DNA of 64,000 nucleotides from Eledone cirrhosa (taxonomy: Eukaryota), in assembly GCA_964016885.1 (NCBI GenBank), contig CAXHJY010000607.1:15001-79000 (forward strand). Reading direction: 5' to 3'. Positions 56,201-64,000 of this stretch are shown here, one piece after another (position 1 is the stretch's first letter; each line of letters starts with the position of its first letter). Position numbers and translations under genes: made by a program. The notes beneath the pieces are model-generated. The model made no database searches. It saw nothing but the letters and a program-made list of their open reading frames with translations, and had not been told where the DNA came from.

Positions 56201-59200
56201 CTATTGATTTTACGGAGATATCTTGCTGAAATTCACGCCACCCATAGCCAATGAGTGTCTGCACATGTACCAGTAATTACAGATCGATCCGACCACGGGC
56301 GGCCGGCCCGCGATTGAAAAGGTAACTCCGCCGGCAAATCGTCATTTTTGGATTCGTTTTCTTCGAAGCACACCATTCGCCGGCGGACTTTGCTGACGTT
56401 TAACACGGTTTGGTTCCACAGCCACAACTATTGATTTTACGGAGATATCTTGCTGAAATTCACGCCACACATAGCCAATGAGTGTCTGCACATGTACCAG
56501 TAATTACAGATCGATCCGACCACGGGCGGCCGGCCCGCGATTGAAAAGGTAACTCCGCCGGCAAATCGTCATTTTTGGATTCGTTTTCTTCGAAGCACAC
56601 CATTCGCCGGCGGACTTTGTTGACGTTTAACACGGTTTGGTTCCACAGCCACAACTATTGATTTTACGGAGATATCTTGCTGAAATTCACGCCACACATA
56701 GCCAATGAGTGTCTGCACATGTACCAGTAATTACAGATCGATCCGACCACGGGCGGCCGGCCCGCGATTGAAAAGGTAACTCCGCCGGCAAATCGTCATT
56801 TTTGGATTCGTTTTCTTCGAAGCACACCATTCGCCGGCGGACTTTGTTGACGTTTAACACGGTTTGGTTCCACAGCCACAACTATTGATTTTACGGAGAT
56901 ATCTTGCTGAAATTCACGCCACCCATAGCCAATGAGTGTCTGCACATGTACCAGTAATTACAGATCGATACGACCACGGGCGGCCGGCCCGCGATTGAAA
57001 AGGTAACTCCGCCGGCAAATCGTCATTTTTGGATTCGTTTTCTTCGAAGCACACCATTCGCCGGCGGACTTTGCTGACGTTTAACACGGTTTGGTTCCAC
57101 AGCCACAACTATTGATTTTACGGAGATATCTTGCTGAAATTCACGCCACACATAGCCAATGAGTGTCTGCACATGTACCAGTAATTACAGATCGATCCGA
57201 CCACGGGCGGCCGGCCCGCGATTGAAAAGGTAACTCCGCCGGCAAATCGTCATTTTTGGATTCGTTTTCTTCGAAGCACACCATTCGCCGGCGGACTTTG
57301 TTGACGTTTAACACGGTTTGGTTCCACAGCCACAACTATTGATTTTACGGAGATATCTTGCTGAAATTCACGCCACCCATAGCCAATGAGTGTCTGCACA
57401 TGTACCAGTAATTACAGATCGATACGACCACGGGCGGCCGGCCCGCGATTGAAAAGGTAACTCCGCCGGGAAATCGTCATTTTTGGATTCGTTTTCTTCG
57501 AAGCACACCATTCGCCGGCGGACTTTGCTGACGTTTAACACGGTTTGGTTCCACAGCCACAACTATTGATTTTACGGAGATATCTTGCTGAAATTCACGC
57601 CACCCATAGCCAATGAGTGTCTGCACATGTACCAGTAATTACAGATCGATCCGACCACGGGCGGCCGGCCCGCGATTGAAAAGGTAACTCCGCCGGCAAA
57701 TCGTCATTTTTGGATTCGTTTTCTTCGAAGCACACCATTCGCCGGCGGACTTTGCTGACGTTTAACACGGTTTGGTTCCACAGCCACAACTATTGATTTT
57801 ACGGAGATATCTTGCTGAAATTCACGCCACACATAGCCAATGAGTGTCTGCACATGTACCAGTAATTACAGATCGATCCGACCACGGGCGGCCGGCCCGC
57901 GATTGAAAAGGTAACTCCGCCGGCAAATCGTCATTTTTGGATTCGTTTTCTTCGAAGCACACCATTCGCCGGCGGACTTTGTTGACGTTTAACACGGTTT
58001 GGTTCCACAGCCACAACTATTGATTTTACGGAGATATCTTGCTGAAATTCACGCCACACATAGCCAATGAGTGTCTGCACATGTACCAGTAATTACAGAT
58101 CGATCCGACCACGGGCGGCCGGCCCGCGATTGAAAAGGTAACTCCGCCGGCAAATCGTCATTTTTGGATTCGTTTTCTTCGAAGCACACCATTCGCCGGC
58201 GGACTTTGTTGACGTTTAACACGGTTTGGTTCCACAGCCACAACTATTGATTTTACGGAGATATCTTGCTGAAATTCACGCCACACATAGCCAATGAGTG
58301 TCTGCACATGTACCAGTAATTACAGATCGATCCGACCACGGGCGGCCGGCCCGCGATTGAAAAGGTAACTCCGCCGGCAAATCGTCATTTTTGGATTCGT
58401 TTTCTTCGAAGCACACCATTCGCCGGCGGACTTTGTTGACGTTTAACACGGTTTGGTTCCACAGCCACAACTATTGATTTTACGGAGATATCTTGCTGAA
58501 ATTCACGCCACACATAGCCAATGAGTGTCTGCACATGTACCAGTAATTACAGATCGATCCGACCACGGGCGGCCGGCCCGCGATTGAAAAGGTAACTCCG
58601 CCGGCAAATCGTCATTTTTGGATTCGTTTTCTTCGAAGCACACCATTCGCCGGCGGACTTTGTTGACGTTTAACACGGTTTGGTTCCACAGCCACAACTA
58701 TTGATTTTACGGAGATATCTTGCTGAAATTCACGCCACCCATAGCCAATGAGTGTCTGCACATGTACCAGTAATTACAGATCGATACGACCACGGGCGGC
58801 CGGCCCGCGATTGAAAAGGTAACTCCGCCGGCAAATCGTCATTTTTGGATTCGTTTTCTTCGAAGCACACCATTCGCCGGCGGACTTTGCTGACGTTTAA
58901 CACGGTTTGGTTCCACAGCCACAACTATTGATTTTACGGAGATATCTTGCTGAAATTCACGCCACACATAGCCAATGAGTGTCTGCACATGTACCAGTAA
59001 TTACAGATCGATCCGACCACGGGCGGCCGGCCCGCGATTGAAAAGGTAACTCCGCCGGCATATCGTCATTTTTGGATTCGTTTTCTTCGAAGCACACCAT
59101 TCGCCGGCGGACTTTGTTGACGTTTAACACGGTTGGATTCCACAGCCACAACTATTGATTTTACGGAGATATCTTGCTGAAATTCACGCCACACATAGCC

Positions 59201-62200
59201 AATGAGTGTCTGCACATGTACCAGTAATTACAGATCGATCCGACCACGGGCGGCCGGCCCGCGATTGAAAAGGTAACTCCGCCGGCAAATCGTCATTTTT
59301 GGATTCGTTTTCTTCGAAGCACACCATTCGCCGGCGGACTTTGTTGACGTTTAACACGGTTTGGTTCCACAGCCACAACTATTGATTTTACGGAGATATC
59401 TTGCTGAAATTCACGCCACACATAGCCAATGAGTGTCTGCACATGTACCAGTAATTACAGATCGATCCGACCACGGGCGGCCGGGCCGTGATTGAAAAGG
59501 TAACTCCGCCGGCAAATCGTCATTTTTGGATTCGTTTTCTTCGAAGCACACCATTCGCCGGCGGACTTTGCTGACGTTTAACACGGTTTGGTTCCACAGC
59601 CACAACTATTGATTTTACGGAGATATCTTGCTGAAATTCACGCCACACATAGCCAATGAGTGTCTGCACATGTACCAGTAATTACAGATCGATCCGACCA
59701 CGGGCGGCCGGCCCGCGATTGAAAAGGTAACTCCGCCGGCAAATCGTCATTTTTGGATTCGTTTTCTTCGAAGCACACCATTCGCCGGCGGACTTTGTTG
59801 ACGTTTAACACGGTTTGGTTCCACAGCCACAACTATTGATTTTACGGAGATATCTTGCTGAAATTCACGCCACCCATAGCCAATGAGTGTCTGCACATGT
59901 ACCAGTAATTACAGATCGATACGACCACGGGCGGCCGGCCCGCGATTGAAAAGGTAACTCCGCCGGCAAATCGTCATTTTTGGATTCGTTTTCTTCGAAG
60001 CACACCATTCGCCGGCGGACTTTGCTGACGTTTAACACGGTTTGGTTCCACAGCCACAACTATTGATTTTACGGAGATATCTTGCTGAAATTCACGCCAC
60101 ACATAGCCAATGAGTGTCTGCACATGTACCAGTAATTACAGATCGATCCGACCACGGGCGGCCGGCCCGCGATTGAAAAGGTAACTCCGCCGGCAAATCG
60201 TCATTTTTGGATTCGTTTTCTTCGAAGCACACCATTCGCCGGCGGACTTTGTTGACGTTTAACACGGTTTGGTTCCACAGCCACAACTATTGATTTTACG
60301 GAGATATCTTGCTGAAATTCACGCCACACATAGCCAATGAGTGTCTGCACATGTACCAGTAATTACAGATCGATCCGACCACGGGCGGCCGGCCCGCGAT
60401 TGAAAAGGTAACTCCGCCGGCATATCGTCATTTTTGGATTCGTTTTCTTCGAAGCACACCATTCGCCGGCGGACTTTGTTGACGTTTAACACGGTTTGGT
60501 TCCACAGCCACAACTATTGATTTTACGGAGATATCTTGCTGAAATTCACGCCACACATAGCCAATGAGTGTCTGCACATGTACCAGTAATTACAGATCGA
60601 TCCGACCACGGGCGGCCGGCCCGCGATTGAAAAGGTAACTCCGCCGGCAAATCGTCATTTTTGGATTCGTTTTCTTCGAAGCACACCATTCGCCGGCGGA
60701 CTTTGTTGACGTTTAACACGGTTTGGTTCCACAGCCACAACTATTGATTTTACGGAGATATCTTGCTGAAATTCACGCCACACATAGCCAATGAGTGTCT
60801 GCACATGTACCAGTAATTACAGATCGATCCGACCACGGGCGGCCGGGCCGTGATTGAAAAGGTAACTCCGCCGGCAAATCGTCATTTTTGGATTCGTTTT
60901 CTTCGAAGCACACCATTCGCCGGCGGACTTTGCTGACGTTTAACACGGTTTGGTTCCACAGCCACAACTATTGATTTTACGGAGATATCTTGCTGAAATT
61001 CACGCCACACATAGCCAATGAGTGTCTGCACATGTACCAGTAATTACAGATCGATCCGACCACGGGCGGCCGGCCCGCGATTGAAAAGGTAACTCCGCCG
61101 GCAAATCGTCATTTTTGGATTCGTTTTCTTCGAAGCACACCATTCGCCGGCGGACTTTGTTGACGTTTAACACGGTTTGGTTCCACAGCCACAACTATTG
61201 ATTTTACGGAGATATCTTGCTGAAATTCACGCCACACATAGCCAATGAGTGTCTGCACATGTACCAGTAATTACAGATCGATCCGACCACGGGCGGCCGG
61301 CCCGCGATTGAAAAGGTAACTCCGCCGGCAAATCGTCATTTTTGGATTCGTTTTCTTCGAAGCACACCATTCGCCGGCGGACTTTGTTGACGTTTAACAC
61401 GGTTTGGTTCCACAGCCACAACTATTGATTTTACGGAGATATCTTGCTGAAATTCACGCCACCCATAGCCAATGAGTGTCTGCACATGTACCAGTAATTA
61501 CAGATCGATACGACCACGGGCGGCCGGCCCGCGATTGAAAAGGTAACTCCGCCGGCAAATCGTCATTTTTGGATTCGTTTTCTTCGAAGCACACCATTCG
61601 CCGGCGGACTTTGCTGACGTTTAACACGGTTTGGTTCCACAGCCACAACTATTGATTTTACGGAGATATCTTGCTGAAATTCACGCCACACATAGCCAAT
61701 GAGTGTCTGCACATGTACCAGTAATTACAGATCGATCCGACCACGGGCGGCCGGCCCGCGATTGAAAAGGTAACTCCGCCGGCAAATCGTCATTTTTGGA
61801 TTCGTTTTCTTCGAAGCACACCATTCGCCGGCGGACTTTGTTGACGTTTAACACGGTTTGGTTCCACAGCCACAACTATTGATTTTACGGAGATATCTTG
61901 CTGAAATTCACGCCACCCATAGCCAATGAGTGTCTGCACATGTACCAGTAATTACAGATCGATACGACCACGGGCGGCCGGCCCGCGATTGAAAAGGTAA
62001 CTCCGCCGGCAAATCGTCATTTTTGGATTCGTTTTCTTCGAAGCACACCATTCGCCGGCGGACTTTGCTGACGTTTAACACGGTTTGGTTCCACAGCCAC
62101 AACTATTGATTTTACGGAGATATCTTGCTGAAATTCACGCCACCCATAGCCAATGAGTGTCTGCACATGTACCAGTAATTACAGATCGATCCGACCACGG

Positions 62201-64000
62201 GCGGCCGGCCCGCGATTGAAAAGGTAACTCCGCCGGCAAATCGTCATTTTTGGATTCGTTTTCTTCGAAGCACACCATTCGCCGGCGGACTTTGCTGACG
62301 TTTAACACGGTTTGGTTCCACAGCCACAACTATTGATTTTACGGAGATATCTTGCTGAAATTCACGCCACACATAGCCAATGAGTGTCTGCACATGTACC
62401 AGTAATTACAGATCGATCCGACCACGGGCGGCCGGCCCGCGATTGAAAAGGTAACTCCGCCGGCAAATCGTCATTTTTGGATTCGTTTTCTTCGAAGCAC
62501 ACCATTCGCCGGCGGACTTTGTTGACGTTTAACACGGTTTGGTTCCACAGCCACAACTATTGATTTTACGGAGATATCTTGCTGAAATTCACGCCACACA
62601 TAGCCAATGAGTGTCTGCACATGTACCAGTAATTACAGATCGATCCGACCACGGGCGGCCGGCCCGCGATTGAAAAGGTAACTCCGCCGGCAAATCGTCA
62701 TTTTTGGATTCGTTTTCTTCGAAGCACACCATTCGCCGGCGGACTTTGTTGACGTTTAACACGGTTTGGTTCCACAGCCACAACTATTGATTTTACGGAG
62801 ATATCTTGCTGAAATTCACGCCACACATAGCCAATGAGTGTCTGCACATGTACCAGTAATTACAGATCGATCCGACCACGGGCGGCCGGCCCGCGATTGA
62901 AAAGGTAACTCCGCCGGCAAATCGTCATTTTTGGATTCGTTTTCTTCGAAGCACACCATTCGCCGGCGGACTTTGTTGACGTTTAACACGGTTTGGTTCC
63001 ACAGCCACAACTATTGATTTTACGGAGATATCTTGCTGAAATTCACGCCACACATAGCCAATGAGTGTCTGCACATGTACCAGTAATTACAGATCGATCC
63101 GACCACGGGCGGCCGGGCCGTGATTGAAAAGGTAACTCCGCCGGCAAATCGTCATTTTTGGATTCGTTTTCTTCGAAGCACACCATTCGCCGGCGGACTT
63201 TGCTGACGTTTAACACGGTTTGGTTCCACAGCCACAACTATTGATTTTACGGAGATATCTTGCTGAAATTCACGCCACACATAGCCAATGAGTGTCTGCA
63301 CATGTACCAGTAATTACAGATCGATCCGACCACGGGCGGCCGGCCCGCGATTGAAAAGGTAACTCCGCCGGCAAATCGTCATTTTTGAATTCGTTTTCTT
63401 CGAAGCACACCATTCGCCGGCGGACTTTGTTGACGTTTAACACGGTTTGGTTCCACAGCCACAACTATTGATTTTACGGAGATATCTTGCTGAAATTCAC
63501 GCCACACATAGCCAATGAGTGTCTGCACATGTACCAGTAATTACAGATCGATCCGACCACGGGCGGCCGGCCCGCGATTGAAAAGGTAACTCCGCCGGCA
63601 AATCGTCATTTTTGGATTCGTTTTCTTCGAAGCACACCATTCGCCGGCGGACTTTGTTGACGTTTAACACGGTTTGGTTCCACAGCCACAACTATTGATT
63701 TTACGGAGATATCTTGCTGAAATTCACGCCACCCATAGCCAATGAGTGTCTGCACATGTACCAGTAATTACAGATCGATACGACCACGGGCGGCCGGCCC
63801 GCGATTGAAAAGGTAACTCCGCCGGCAAATCGTCATTTTTGGATTCGTTTTCTTCGAAGCACACCATTCGCCGGCGGACTTTGCTGACGTTTAACACGGT
63901 TTGGTTCCACAGCCACAACTATTGATTTTACGGAGATATCTTGCTGAAATTCACGCCACACATAGCCAATGAGTGTCTGCACATGTACCAGTAATTACAG
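53259..64000. repeat. Subfamily domain fixed for ATCGTCATT and ACGGAG, with recurrent 6-monomer spacing
   Basis: No 93-aa ORF appears after 53313 because the T allele creates a minus-strand TGA. Domain-private variants are GATACGAC, GGCATATC and CCGGGAAATC. Spacings of 1362 bp: 54190/55552/56914, 56006/57368, 58957/60319, 59411/60773. Confidence 0.92.

Larger units (their letters stand above)
1..64000. repeat. 227-bp tandem satellite array, about 282 head-to-tail copies, extending beyond both window edges
   Basis: Positions 1-227 (GCGGCCGGCCCGCGATTGAAAAGGTAACTCCGCCGGCAAATCG...GATCGATCCGACCACGG) restart at 228. The ORF track recurs every 227 bp (162, 389, 616 ... 63724). I saw no unique sequence, inversion or inserted element. 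Confidence 0.99.

Noticed and set aside
139-63918. Hundreds of 64-aa (MWLWNQ...) and 93-aa (MQTLIG...) minus-strand ORFs as a tandem gene family
   Set aside because: They overlap each other and the next copy, 227 is not a multiple of 3, and I recognise no domain. A common SNP puts a stop in the 93-aa frame across whole domains. They are repeat by-products.
1-64000. CRISPR array or other repeat-spacer system
   Set aside because: There are no unique spacers; the entire 227 bp is repeated, and no cas or other genes are present.
1-64000. Monomer variant order as an information-bearing code
   Set aside because: The order is adequately explained by nested duplication, deletion and conversion. Nothing in the window points to a reading mechanism.

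Overview
The whole 64-kb window is one uninterrupted, single-orientation tandem array of a 227-bp monomer. It holds about 282 copies at about 49% GC, and copies typically differ by 0-4 substitutions. This is satellite DNA, most plausibly from a eukaryotic centromeric or heterochromatic array; I cannot assign the organism or a named family from the sequence. I see no credible protein-coding gene, RNA gene, transposon insertion, CRISPR spacer or unique flank, and every ORF in the track is a by-product of the repeat. The information lies in the variant pattern: two SNP-defined subfamilies occupy multi-kb domains; local duplications nest at offsets of 3, 6, 7, 8, 9, 13, 19, 26, 44, 66 and 77 monomers; length is exactly conserved over 208 consecutive monomers; and one 1.8-kb patch of private indels looks like sequencing error. 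The monomer is rich in palindromes and CpG and carries NF-Y, GC-box and YY1-like motifs. I found no solid evidence for a new biological system; the functional ideas below are labelled as inference. Counts were made by eye from the sequence and ORF track.
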